A DNA stretch of 64,000 bases from Eledone cirrhosa (taxonomy: Eukaryota), in assembly GCA_964016885.1 (NCBI GenBank), contig OZ024742.1, forward strand, positions 251,906,001 through 251,970,000. The letters run 5' to 3'. The translations under genes and the position numbers were made by a program. Under the pieces are notes generated by a model. That model searched no databases, was not told the origin of the DNA, and worked only from the letters and a program-made list of their open reading frames with translations. This document shows positions 12,333 to 24,055 of this stretch, one piece after another; position 1 is the stretch's first letter, and each line of letters opens with the position of its first letter.

Positions 12333-12682
12333 GGTTTGAGGGTCACCACTGTATAGAGCTGGTCTATTCCGTATGGTCAATCGTAATGTAATAATATAGA
12401 AAGTACTCAACGTAAAGCAGGTAGTAGACCGGTAGTAGCACACTGTGAGCTTTAGCCACGTCACTCGAGGGCAACCGGCTAAGGTAGAAGGTGCAAGATA
12501 GCGGTCGCCCTCGGGTCCTCGATTTTCAGCCCCATGGATTTTATCTATTACATTCACGTATTATATTTCGAATACCTGATGATATCACCGGATTCATACG
12601 GAACCCGGTCATTGAAATGATCATAGTATAATAAACCTTTCAAGGATTTACACAAATCATCCAGCCTCCTGTCATTTCATTA

Positions 12683-12685
<3 letters not shown>
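12330..12685. repeat. Unclassified ~355-bp GC-richer insert between two (TA)n tracts
   Basis: Bounded on both sides by (TA)n. No recognisable ORF or TIR. Confidence 0.4.
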
Positions 12686-12720
<35 letters not shown>

Positions 12721-12723
<3 letters not shown>

Positions 12724-14053
12724 CGGAATCAATGGCCGAGCTAGAGAAGAAATTCCAAACATGGAAGCACGGCCTAGAGTCAAAAGGACTTAAAATTAAC
12801 CTGGCTAAGACCAAAGTACTAGTTTGTAGGAAAGAAAACAAGGCGGCGGTCCCTTCTGGGAAATGGTCGTGCTCGGTGTGTAGGAAAGGCGTAGGTAGAA
12901 ACTCCATTTTATGTCCTAAATGCAAAGTATGGGTGCATAAAAGATGTAGTGGGATCACAGGTAAGCTAACTAAGAACATAGATTTTACATGTGGCCGGTG
13001 CTCTGGTGCAATAAGTAGCAGCAAGTGCCCACAAACTACTAGCTCTTTCAATTGCGCAGAGGGTTCTATAGAAATAGTGGACAGCTTCCGTTACCTGGGC
13101 GATAAAATCAGCAGTGGGGGAGGGTGCTCTGAAAGTACTGTAGCTAGAGTCAGAACTGGTTGGAAAAAGTTCAGAGAGCTTATACCACTATTAGCTGCTA
13201 AAGGGTTCTCACTAAAAATGAAAGGCAGGTTGTACGATGCCTGCATACGAACAGCAATGCTGCATGGCAGTGAGACCTGGGCATTGTGTGCAGAGGATAT
13301 ACGCAGACTAGAGAGGAACGAAGCTTGCATGCTCCGCTGGATGTGTAACAGTAATATACGTGAACGGCAAAGCATAAACGAACTAAGGAAAAAATTAGAG
13401 ATAAGAGGGATCAGATGTTGTTTACTCGAGAGAAGGCTACGTTGGTATGGACACGTGATGCGCATGAAAGTCGATAGCTGTATAACAAAGTGCAGGGCAA
13501 TAAAGATAGACGGTAGTCACGGAATAGGCAGACCTAGAAAAACCTGGGACGAGCTGATAAACTCCGACATCACACACTTACACCTCTCCAAGACAATGTC
13601 ACTGGACCGAGACCTTTGGCGGTACTCAGTAACAGAGAAGACCCGCCTTACCTAAATATATAGTAAAACCTACTCCAGCCAGTAGGCATCTCTAACAAAA
13701 TACACCCCGTCCCACCACCCCCACCCCCACCCCATCCACACCACCCCGTTCTATGTAAAGTTATGTTGGTGCCGCGCCATCGAGGCCGAAACAAATGAGA
13801 TCGTGTAGGTGTCACGACAAAAAAACACACAGTCCACGCTGTAATGTGGCCGTGTAGGCAACACGGTAAAAACCTCCCAGACCCACACTGTAAATGTGGT
13901 TGGTGTTAGGAAGGGCATCCAGCTGTAGAAAACCTGCCAGACAGTCCTATGCGAGCAAGACAATCACTCTTGCCTCAAGTGGGACTACCCCCGTCCAAAC
14001 CCATGCAAGCGTGGAACACGGACGTTAAACGTTGATGATGATGATGATGATGA

Positions 14054-14056
<3 letters not shown>
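12721..14056 (+). mobile_element. Young 5'-truncated RTE LINE (subfamily A) with PHD-containing RT C-terminus
   Basis: Uninterrupted 307-aa ORF 12732-13655, 3'UTR and (gat)n tail. Nearly identical to the minus copy at 59826-61140. Both ends in (TA)n. Confidence 0.95.
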
Positions 14057-14083
<27 letters not shown>

Positions 14084-14088
<5 letters not shown>

Positions 14089-14260
14089 AAAATGTTCAAG
14101 ACCCCGACGGCAGAGCTCAAGCCGTTTCGACAGCCGTTGAAACGGTTTGAGCTCTGCCGTCGGGGTCTTGAACATTTTCCTATTACCCACTCTACTACCC
14201 TAAGTATCGAGTACTCTGGTGTGTTATGGTCCACCTGGTTCCTTACCACACTTCGTTCGT
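14084..14260. mobile_element. Small non-autonomous repeat with a ~100-nt hairpin
   Basis: Palindrome 14084-14183 followed by a ~77-bp tail; second copy at 31880-32015; both flanked by (TA)n. Confidence 0.75.
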
Positions 14261-14277
14261 TATATATTTATATATAT

Positions 14278-15746
14278 AGAAAACTAGGAGTAGATGAATG
14301 GCTTGTGAAAGCTGTACAAGTCATGTATAGAGGAGCAGTCAGCAAAGTTGGGGTTAGCAATGGCTATAGTGAGGAATTTAGCATACAGGCCGGTGTCCAC
14401 CAGGGCTCTGTTCTTAGCCCTCTCCTGTTCATTATAGTATTGCAGGCAATAACAGAGGATTGTAAGACCAGATGCCCATAGGAACTCCTATATGTGGATG
14501 ATCCCACACTTATAGCTGAATCTATGGTGGAACTAGAGAATAAATTCCAAACATGGAAGCAGGTACTAAAAAGAAAGGGTCTCAAAGTCAACCTGACAAA
14601 GACTAAGGTCCTCATAAGTAGATGAGAAAACAGAACCCAGATCCCCTCAGGGAAATAGCCTTGCTCAGTATGTAGGAAAGGTGTAGGTAGGAACTCCATC
14701 CTCTGCCCCAAATGCAAACAATTAGTACACAAGAGATGTAGTGGTATCTCAGGAAGCTTAGCTAAGAATGTAGGCTTTACATATAGCAGCTGCGCCGGGA
14801 CAGCAAGCAACAAACGGCCACAGGAAACAAGCACCATCAAACTCTGGGAGGGCTCTGTAGAAACAATAGACAGCTTTTGCTACCTATGTGACCGAATTAA
14901 CAGTGGAGATGGGTATTCGGAAAGTACAGTAACCAGGATAAGAACGAGGTGGAAGAAGTTCAGGGAACTACTGCCACTGCTAGCTGCAAAAGACTTTTCC
15001 CTCAAAATGAAAGGCAGACTGTATGATGCATGCATACAAACAGCAATGCTACATGGTAGTGATACCTGGGCATTGTGTGTAGAAGACTTGCATAGATTAG
15101 AAAGAACCAAAGCTTGCATGCTCCAATGGATGTGTAACAGTAATACACGCGAATGGCAAAGCATAAACGAATTGAGAGAGAGACTAAGTATAAGAGGAAT
15201 CAAAGAATCCTGTGTGCAGGAGAGGAGGTTACGTTGGTATGGACATGTGATGCGTATGAAGGATGACAGCTGCATAAAAATTGCAGAGCTCTAGAAGTCG
15301 TTGGAAGCCGTGGAGTGGGGAGACCCAAGAAGACCTGGGATGAGGTGATAAAAGCCGACCTTACCCAATTGCTCTTCTCAAAGGCGATGACACATGGCCG
15401 TGACCCCTGGTGTCACGCAGTAATACAGAAGACCCAACTTCCCATGAGTACAAGCCGAAGCTGAAGCATATAGACAATATGCCCCCCGCCCCACCCCACT
15501 GCAAAAAAGCACCCAGCCCACATTATAAAGTGGATGTGCAGGTGCCATGGAAAAAAGGCACCTAGCACTCACTATAAATGAGGTTGGTGTTAGGAAGAGC
15601 ATCCAGCTGTAGAAATCAAGCCAGAATCAGTTCCAGTGTGAGCAAGACAAGGTCAGCTGACCGGACACTGCCCACAACAGGACAACCCATCTAACCCATG
15701 CTAGTGTGGAAGAACGGATGTAAAACGGTGATGATGATGATGATGA
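14278..15746 (+). mobile_element. 5'-truncated RTE LINE (subfamily B), decayed
   Basis: KLGVDEWLVKAVQ...GVHQGSVLSPLLF...LYVDD, PHD region, RRLRWYGHV, (gat)n tail; in-frame stops. Confidence 0.9.
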
Positions 15747-15799
15747 TATATATATATATATAGATATAGATATATATATGTATATATATATATATAATT

Positions 15800-15990
15800 A
15801 TCATCATCATCGCTTTAAACATCTGCTTCTCCACACTTGCATGAGTTGGATGGGTCCTTCTTAACACGGCATCTCTCCACACGTGATCATTTGTCATCGC
15901 CTCTGTGAGTCTCAGTGATTTGATGTCAACTCTTGGGTTTCTCTGCATTTCTTTATGCAGCTGTTATCTTTTATGTGCATCACAAGTCAA
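15800..15990 (-). mobile_element. Short RTE 3' end, tail-to-tail with the previous copy
   Basis: Minus ORF with DHVWRDAVLRRTHPTHASVEK and (cat)n tail. Confidence 0.7.
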
Positions 15991-16239
15991 ATGCAGTCCA
16001 TACTCTTGCACACTAGATCCAATTCCTCTATCAGAGTAAATCCAGACAGAAAATCCCACATTCACATACTGCAATAAGGGCATTGTCACAGAGCACTGCT
16101 CATGGTTGTGGCCATATGTTGTGATCTGCCATCTACTGATCAGCCATCTGTGTCTCCTATGAGAACAGCTGTCTTACCTCTGTTTGTCCTGGACTTGTGT
16201 TGGCAGGTGGAGAGAGTTTCTGAGGCTCCACGCAATGAA

Positions 16240-19200
16240 CAGTAACTTATCCATGTCCTAGGCACTTAGCACAAACCTCCATCACAAACATGACAGATAA
16301 ACAAAAACAACAGGCCCCAAACCCCAACAGCTCTGGAACCATGACAGACAGGAAAAGAAGCAGAGAGTACTAGGAATATCTGGGTCTGGACAGGCTATTG
16401 CCAATCGAAACAGACCACTAAGTCCCTTAGAGCTCATTGGAGTTTGTGAACTCTCTTAGACTGAAATGAAGCCAATTGACCAGAAAGAAGAATGGCCTTG
16501 ATAACACAAGCTCCAAAGATATAAAGTTGACATTACTGATTTTTAGACTAGAGTCAATTAAAGAAGGTTGGATCAGGATATACTATACACTGGTCATGTC
16601 GGTCGCAAAGCTGAAAGGAAAGCAGGTGTTGGCTTCGCAGTAAGGACCCCACTTCTCTCTCAACTTGAGTCACAGCCCCAGGGCATAAATGACAGAATCA
16701 TCACTATGGGGCTCCCCTTATCAGACAAAGCATATCCTACTTTGGTAAGTGTCCATGCCCCACCATGACAAACCAAGATGAAGACAAAGAAGCTTTCTAC
16801 CAACAGGTTGATAAAATTGTATGCAGAGTACCTCCAGGTGATATGTTGATCATCCTAGGGGATTTCAACATGAGAATTGACTCAAATCATACAGTAAGGG
16901 AAGACATTATTGGTCAGCATGGAATTGGTAATGCAAACTCAAATGGCAACCTTCTGCTTTCACTATTCTCCCAGCACAATCTCTCAATCACGAATACATT
17001 CTTCCAACTGAACAATGCCTACAAAACCATATGGATACAGCCAAGATTGAAGCACTGGCATCAAATAGATTTTATCATCTACAAACAACATGAAAGGTAC
17101 TGTGTGAAAGGTAATGAATGCTCAATAGACCACTATCTCCTCAGATCAAAGGTGAACCTTTAGGTGTGAAGAAAAAGAAGGCCCCAGAGCTAAAAAGCTT
17201 TTAAAAAAGGATTATCAGAAAATTGATAACTCTGATGTAACAGTTGTCTTACAGAATGAACTCTCAATGTGTCTAAAGCAAGTTGCCTTCACCAAATGAA
17301 AGACGGAAAAAAAACTGGGCCAAATTAAGAAATGAAGTTGACACTACTGCCAATGAGACATCACTAGGACTGGTTTGATGACAACAATTCTAAAATTCAA
17401 AGTCTTCTTGCTGAGAAATAGTCTGTACACAAAAACTGGCTAACAGACAAACAATCTGACTCAAAGCAGGACAAGCTCCACCATCTCAGAAGAAAAGTCC
17501 AGAAACAGTTGTGATCCATGTAGGATGAATGGTGGGGAAAAAAAGCAGAGGAGATCCAGAATTATGCTGTCTCAAAAAATGCCAAGCTTTACTAATCTAG
17601 CTTGAGGGAAGAGTCACCACAGAGAAGTGCAGCCTCAATTCAGGACCTGCAGAGTGAGCTCCTCACTGATGAGGCAATAAATAAGAAATGTTCAAAACAC
17701 TTCAAGCAGCTCCTTAACAGGCCTTCATCGATTGACCTCAGTATCATTGAGGAGGCCCCAGCTAGACCCCTGCATATGGAACTTGATGACCCACCCACAG
17801 AAGACAAGGTGACAGAAGCAATTGGAGAGCTGGAATGTGGTAAATCAGCAGGCTCCGATGGCATTCTGCCAGAAGTTTTCAAAGAAGGTGACCAGCTGTG
17901 GATACAGAGGTTTACTGAGTGCTTCTGGGAGGATGGCTGTTTACCCCTAGATCTGAAAGATGCCAAAATAGTGCACTTGTACAAAGGAAAAGGTGACATG
18001 TCCAGATATGACAACTATCATGGGATCTCCCTTTTAAGCACTGCAGGCAATATCCTCTCCAAGGTTATATTAAATAGGTTGAATACCCATCTTCTTGATG
18101 AGACAGTACCAGGAAGCCACTGTGGTTTTTGCCAGAACAGAGGGACAGTTGATATGATATTTGCCGCAAGACAGATCCAAGGTATTCAATACAGTGTCCC
18201 ACTCAGGACTGTGGAACATACTTGCCCATATTGGAATCCCTCCCAAGATGGTAAAAATAATCAGATGCTTTCGCGATAGCATGAATGCAAGATTAGTCAA
18301 CAGCAGTAAAGATGATCAGCTCCTCCGTCACTAATGGATCAAGCAAGGATGCATTCTTGTTCCAACACTCTTCAGCTTCCTTCTTAGCATGATATTTCTC
18401 TCTGCCTTTAAAGACTCAGATGCAGGCATCCAGATCACATAAAGGACAGATATAGGTATTTCCAATACTCAACTGCTGAAGGCAATGATGAAAGTCACTG
18501 AATCACTTGATTGTGACCTCTTGTATACTGATGACTGCTATCATTGCCCACTCAGAGAATGACTTTCAAAGACTTACAGTTTCTCTGTTTGCAGCTACTA
18601 AGCATATTGGACTTGCAATATTAGCATCAAGAAGACTGAAGTCATGTTTCAACCTGCAAAGGGTTCAACAGCAAACATGCTTGAAATAAAGATCAACGGC
18701 AAGGTCCTTATCATTGTTGACTCATGCACCTGTAGTGGAACTACGTCGTACCTCACAATAGCAACATTTTCATATGCAATAAGGTTAAATTGACCAATGG
18801 TAAATCGCGTATGAATACATGTTCACTCTCTCTCACTCACTGGTGAAGAACCACAGTACAGGGAAGACCAGGAGGTGGCTACTGACGCGCGAAAAATTAC
18901 TATAAAATGACTCCTAAATTCCTTTCGACAATAAAAATTATATTTATAGAGAATTGAGTGTTAAAGAGATATTTATTTATATCCTGGAAGTCAGAAGCAT
19001 GTTATTACCAATACAACTACCTACTCATCGACTAAGGTATTTCTCTTATATCATTTGTAAAAACAAGATCCTTAGAAGATTATAACTTACAGTTATAAAA
19101 AGATATAGATAATATTAAACTCCTCATCCTATCTATACACCTATCTTGGTAGCAGTCTCTCCTTTTCTAAGTCTCAATAAGGAGGTATCAAACTGCATCG

Positions 19201-19882
19201 TTATGGCAAATGCTCTACAAGCAAGTATGGAATGTAAGGGGTTTGAAACTGGAAACAAAGTGCACAGTATATAGAACTATGATCCTGACTGCATTGCTGT
19301 ATAGATGTGAGTCATTGACTCTCTACTATAGGCATGTCAAGCTACTAGATCAGTTTCACCAGCGCTGCCTCCAACGTATCTTAAACATCAAATGGTACCA
19401 CAAACATGAAGGTACTTTTGTAAGCCCAGATGCCAAGCATAGGTGTACTGCTAATATAGTTTCAGCTAACTTGGTCAGGACATCTTGTGTGCATGCAGGA
19501 TACCAGGCTACCAAAGCAGCTACAGTGAATTGACAGTGAATTGACAGAGGGCCTTAGCTTCACTACAAAGACACACTGAAAAAATCCCTCCAGAAATTTA
19601 ACATTGATGAAGAACAATGGGATATCATGACCACAAACAGGTCTGAATGGTAACAAACTATTCAGAAGGGAACAGAAGCTTATGAAAATGAAAGACAAAG
19701 TAGCTAAGTGGAAAAGTCTGCAGCAATGAAGGCTAGAATCAACTCTGTAGAGCATGCCATTGAGTGTCCAGTATGCAGTCATCTATGTGCATCAGATTTT
19801 GGTCTGAAATTCCACATGAGGGTACACAAATGAATGAAGTGCTAGGTTAGACTTTATCGATCCTGATAGTCAACCAACAACA
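16240..19882 (+). mobile_element. Near full-length decayed RTE-BovB-like LINE (APE + RT + terminal C2H2 finger)
   Basis: APE motifs (AGVGFAV, GINDRI, VSVHAP, ILGDFN, HWHQIDF), RT motifs (GKSAGSDGI, HLYKGKGD...NYHGISLLS, GTVDMIFAARQIQ), C-terminal CPVCSHLCASDFGLKFHMRVH, caacaacaa tail. Confidence 0.88.
18731..19137. mobile_element. Solo-LTR-like insertion interrupting the BovB-like RT
   Basis: Splits VDSCT|YLGSSL. Begins TGTAG, ends CTATA, flanked by CACC/CACC. Internal tataaaa (18901) and aataaa (about 18930). Confidence 0.7.
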
Positions 19883-20004
19883 ATATATACATATATATAT
19901 ATCTATATATATACAGTATTTTCCGTTGTGTTGTAATATAAATATTACACACAGTAGATTATCAGCTCACAGTAGATTATCTATATATATATATAAGTGA
20001 ATGA

Positions 20005-20300
20005 CCCCCTTTGGATTTGCATCTAGAAAGTTCTCTTCTGAGGTACAAGTCCAGCCAAAGTTGCTTGTCGAAGACCAGCAGTCGCCCAAGCATGCAAGCC
20101 TCCCCTCTCCACACCACCAATGTTGTCCAAGAGAAAGGCAATGGCTGATACAGCTTAGCAGTGATGTCGCAACTCATTTCTACAGCTGATTGAACTGGAA
20201 CAACGTGAAATAAAGTGACTTGCTCAAGGACACAACACATCACCCGGTCTGACAATCAAACTCACAACTTCACGATTGCAGGCCCAAAACATTAACCACT
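20005..20300 (-). mobile_element. tRNA-derived CORE-like SINE
   Basis: Reverse complement of the copy at 22050-22360; shares head and core with 2160-2305. Confidence 0.8.
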
Positions 20301-20585
20301 TGGAAAGGTAAAGTGTGGGACAGTTGTCTAGTGAAGTGTTGGGTGTAAGGATGTGGATGAAGGGTGGATTGTTAGAATGTGGGAGGTGTATGGAAGGGTG
20401 GAGGGGAAGGTGAGGAAAGTGGTGCACACTAGAGGTATACTTCAACTTGTGCACATGGGAAAGTGGGTCTTCTGTGTTACTGCATAACGCCAGAGATCAC
20501 GATTCTGTGTCATCAACTTTGAGAGGTGCAATTGCAAGGTTAGCTTTTATCACCTTATCCAAAGTCTTCATAGGTCTTCCTACAA
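20300..20585 (-). mobile_element. RTE 3' end fragment
   Basis: Minus reads GRPMKTLDKVIKANLAIAPLKVDDTES..WRYAVTQKTHFP, then a C/A-rich UTR. Confidence 0.7.
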
Positions 20586-22049
20586 GTTTCAGAAATCTGG
20601 TACAATGCAATAGAAATATATAAAGGAAAAAGAATGACAAATAAAACAAAACAGTTTTACTCTATTTGATGAGGCTGGGGGGGGGGGGGGGGGGGGTCCC
20701 CCCCTCCTGATAAAGTCGGCCTGGGTCACAGTAGCACAAAATTTCTAAGTGATTTTCAATAAGGAGTTTCATTCCCCCTACCCCGAGTGTGTGTATATAT
20801 ATTAACCCATGCAAACATGAAAAAGTGGATGTAAAAAATATATATTTTTAGAGTATTTCAGTTGTACACACACGGAAAACAACGAAGGCCACGTGTCGTC
20901 CTTCTCCGTCACAACTCTTTCCTCCCAGAAACCCCCCCCCCCCCCCCCGTTGATGGATGTGAAATCCGAAATATAGGGACTATTAAATCACTTCCAAGGT
21001 AACTCTATCTCGTGTTATTATTTTTTACACTTTTCTTAAATTCTTCTACGCTCTCTACATCTCTTTCTACACTTCCTCTTACATCTCCCTCTCTTACCAC
21101 CACCTGATTTTGTTACTTGGAGATGTACCCATCTACATTGTTGAGACTTCCAAAACGACTATTATATATATATATATAAATGTAGCAGCAATTTGATACT
21201 CTCTTCAATAGAGTTTCATTCACTCTATCAAGCGGCCACCAAAATAGTTGACCATCTGTGGCCTCATAGATAGGTTTCTATTGCTAATTGATTTTAGTAG
21301 TCACTATGTCTATGATTTTGACATGGAAATTGCCATCTGTCTATTCTTGTGTTCTGGAGACCGAATGAGCGATACTGATAAATAGCCAGCTTGCAAAACC
21401 AAAGTAAGGAGTTGCAGAAATGATTTCGACCAGTTAAGATATAGTAACAAAAATTTCACACAGATCCCTGTGTGTCTCTCATACTCTCTTGGTTTTTCTC
21501 ATTGCCAAAAAGATTATTATCATTGCAGAAGTACGGTAAATCCCATGTTTTGAATCATTGCACACATGCATATATATCACAACATAAGCCTTGATTTCAT
21601 AGTCAACAATACCTTCAAGCAGGCTATTAACTTAATAAATATATTTTAGTAATGATCATGTTTTATTTGTTCATTCATTGGCATTTAACACAACACTTAT
21701 ATATGGGACAATTTTTAACTTATTCATAATAACCCAGCAAGCTAACAACTAACACAAACTACTATCTTGTTTGTTGTTCATATCTTTTGGCTATAACAAT
21801 GTCAATTCATGTGTTTCTGTCATGAAATACTTCACAGTAAATAACAGATAAAAGTAGCAGGCATTTTCATTCTTCTTCCATAAATCTAGCAGTGTGATCG
21901 GGGAAATCACTTTCCCCTCGAATACAACACATTTGTTTTCCCACAGATGTACACATAGATTAACTACCGCAATTATCTACAACCAATACACATCATCATC
22001 ATCATTCACTCTTCTACTACAATAAGAACTTCAACTCACAACCACACAT

Positions 22050-22362
22050 GCAAATGTGGTTAGAGCATCAGGTTTACAATCATGAGGTTGTCAGTTCTAT
22101 TTTTGGACCGAGCTTTGCAATGTGTTCTTGAGCAAGACACTTTATTTCACATTCCTCCAGTTCACTCAGCTGTAAAAATGAGTTGCGACTGATGTCAAGC
22201 TTTATCAGCCTTTGCCTTTTCCTTGGGCAACATCGGTGGCATGGAGGGATGAATGGTATGCATGGGCGATGCTGGTCTTCCACAAACAACCTTGCCCAGA
22301 CTTATGCCTTGGAGGGGAAGTTTCTAGGTGCAAATCACATGGTCATTCGTAGGGGTCTTTAC
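22050..22362 (+). mobile_element. tRNA-derived CORE-like SINE
   Basis: gtggttagagc head, ttcttgagcaagacactttatttcac...cactcagctgtaaaaatgagt core; tail shared with 20005-20170. Confidence 0.8.
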
Positions 22363-22429
22363 CCTTATTATCAAATATGAACCAAGATATAAAAAAAAAA
22401 CTTTGATATGTGATAAACATAACATGTAC

Positions 22430-22680
22430 ATAAATTGTAGTGCATATACAAATAGATGTGACCGTGGCATCCCAGATGAGACATCTATCTTACCCAGTAA
22501 CAAATGGTAAGACCATCTAGTCCCTTCTCATCAACTCTGGATAATCCAGCCAGCTCCAAAACTGAGGGGATATTTACCTGAGCAAGGGCCTGCTTAATGA
22601 TCAGGTTTATCTCAATGTGGCAAGTGAAGCAACCAGTATTCAGACAGCAAGTCAAACCATTAAGAATGAGGTTCATTTTC
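22430..22680 (-). mobile_element. CRE-like restriction-like endonuclease fragment
   Basis: HIEINLIIKQALAQVNIPSVLELAGLSRVDEKGLDGLT...WDATVT, same family as 27940-28140. Confidence 0.7.
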
Positions 22681-22945
22681 TTAATGTATTTTTTTTTTAA
22701 TGAAATTTAGCTGAAATACGTTTTTGAATGTGTTGATTACGATTGAGTCGATACAAAATAATGTTTAATTTATATGTAATTTCTTAATTGTAGAAATGTA
22801 TTATGTTTCTGTAGTGATTCTACGACATCTTGAATCATATTCATGAACAACATTATATTAAAAGGTTTGATGAACAATCTTCCTTTTTTATGTTTACAAC
22901 AAATCGAAAGTATTCAATAACGTAAGATCCAATAATAAAAGTATG

Positions 22946-23529
22946 TGTAGTGACCTACATTCCGCGGGCTCACATACATTCTCTGTGCGTGATTTGGCTC
23001 AGTTCAGCCAATCAGCGCCAGTAGAAGAGGATGTATCCCTACGCGCCCTGAGGAAGAAATTCCCCGCGAAGATTTGAAGAATCTCTCTCTTGTACCGGAA
23101 ACTTCAAGCCAGCAACACGCATAATGTAACAGTGAGATATTGCACCCCTAGCCTCGCCGGCTTAACGGCGCAATGGCACATTCCCTTTTGTAACCTCTTT
23201 TTACCTGTAACTTCAACCATATAAATAAACAGACATTTCATCTCTAATTGCTGCTGTTGAAATCGTTATTATGTTACTCGTGTCACAATAACATCTTTAA
23301 TCCATGCTGCTGGAATTGGCGACCTGACGAAAGGAATATTGTAAATAGATGGTAAATAGATCGAGGGACCTTCCCTCACGTCTATGTCAACAAGATAATC
23401 CAACGAGGATACTATCACTTACCACACTGGCAACTAACGACCTTCAATCATCTACCCTGTTAAAGTGACGACCACTGATTCTACCACCCTGCTAATGTGG
23501 CGACTACTCTATAACCAATAACTGCTAAA
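22946..23529. mobile_element. Solo-LTR-like element, TGTAG...CTAAA, 4-bp TSD TATG
   Basis: First ~70 bp and the last 13 bp are shared with 48701-49223. tatg at 22942-22945 and 23530-23533. Confidence 0.65.
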
Positions 23530-23839
23530 TATGTTTTAATTCCTTCGACATAATCGCAATCTGCCCTTTCGAAAATGTATTTCTGAAAAATTTCATCTAA
23601 AAACATACATTATTAAGGCTGAGACTAAGTCGGGTAACAGTACAGCGACAAAAAAACTAGTAGCTAGAAATAGGGGTGCGGTGGGGCGTTGAGAGCATTA
23701 CGTGGCACTCACAACATACTGTCGTTAACTGCTGTCAACTAATAAATACTTTATTACATAAATATTTCCTAAACATATAGAATCAAAACAAAAGAAAATA
23801 ATAATTCAACATCGGTCACACACAAGTGTCGGAGCCGCT

Positions 23840-24055
23840 CTCTAGGTAAGCGAACACTGTCATAGCATTACCACGGGTGGTAGCGAGGCTAAGAAACTTG
23901 ACAACCAAGCACCATCGCGGGTATCACGTGATACCTCAGTAAGGCGAGCCGCCAACAATGGCAAGATCTTCAGTATTAGCGGCCCAGCTGCCCCAACGGC
24001 CTCGACCGTCACACGCTGGAAAAAATAGTTTGCGAATAATTCCCTGTATTTTAGA
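23840..24055 (-). mobile_element. 3' fragment of CRE-like element
   Basis: Minus reads KYRELFANYFFQRVTVEAVGAAGP..., homologous to 27720-27870. Confidence 0.6.

Noticed and set aside
12686-15275. Recurrent long antisense ORFs over RTE RT (also 60488-61635 and 52716-54008 over Gypsy pol)
   Set aside because: Over the RTE RT they are in the antisense frame sharing wobble positions with the sense ORF, which is often stop-poor; the Gypsy region is GC-rich and so also stop-poor. No independent sign of function.
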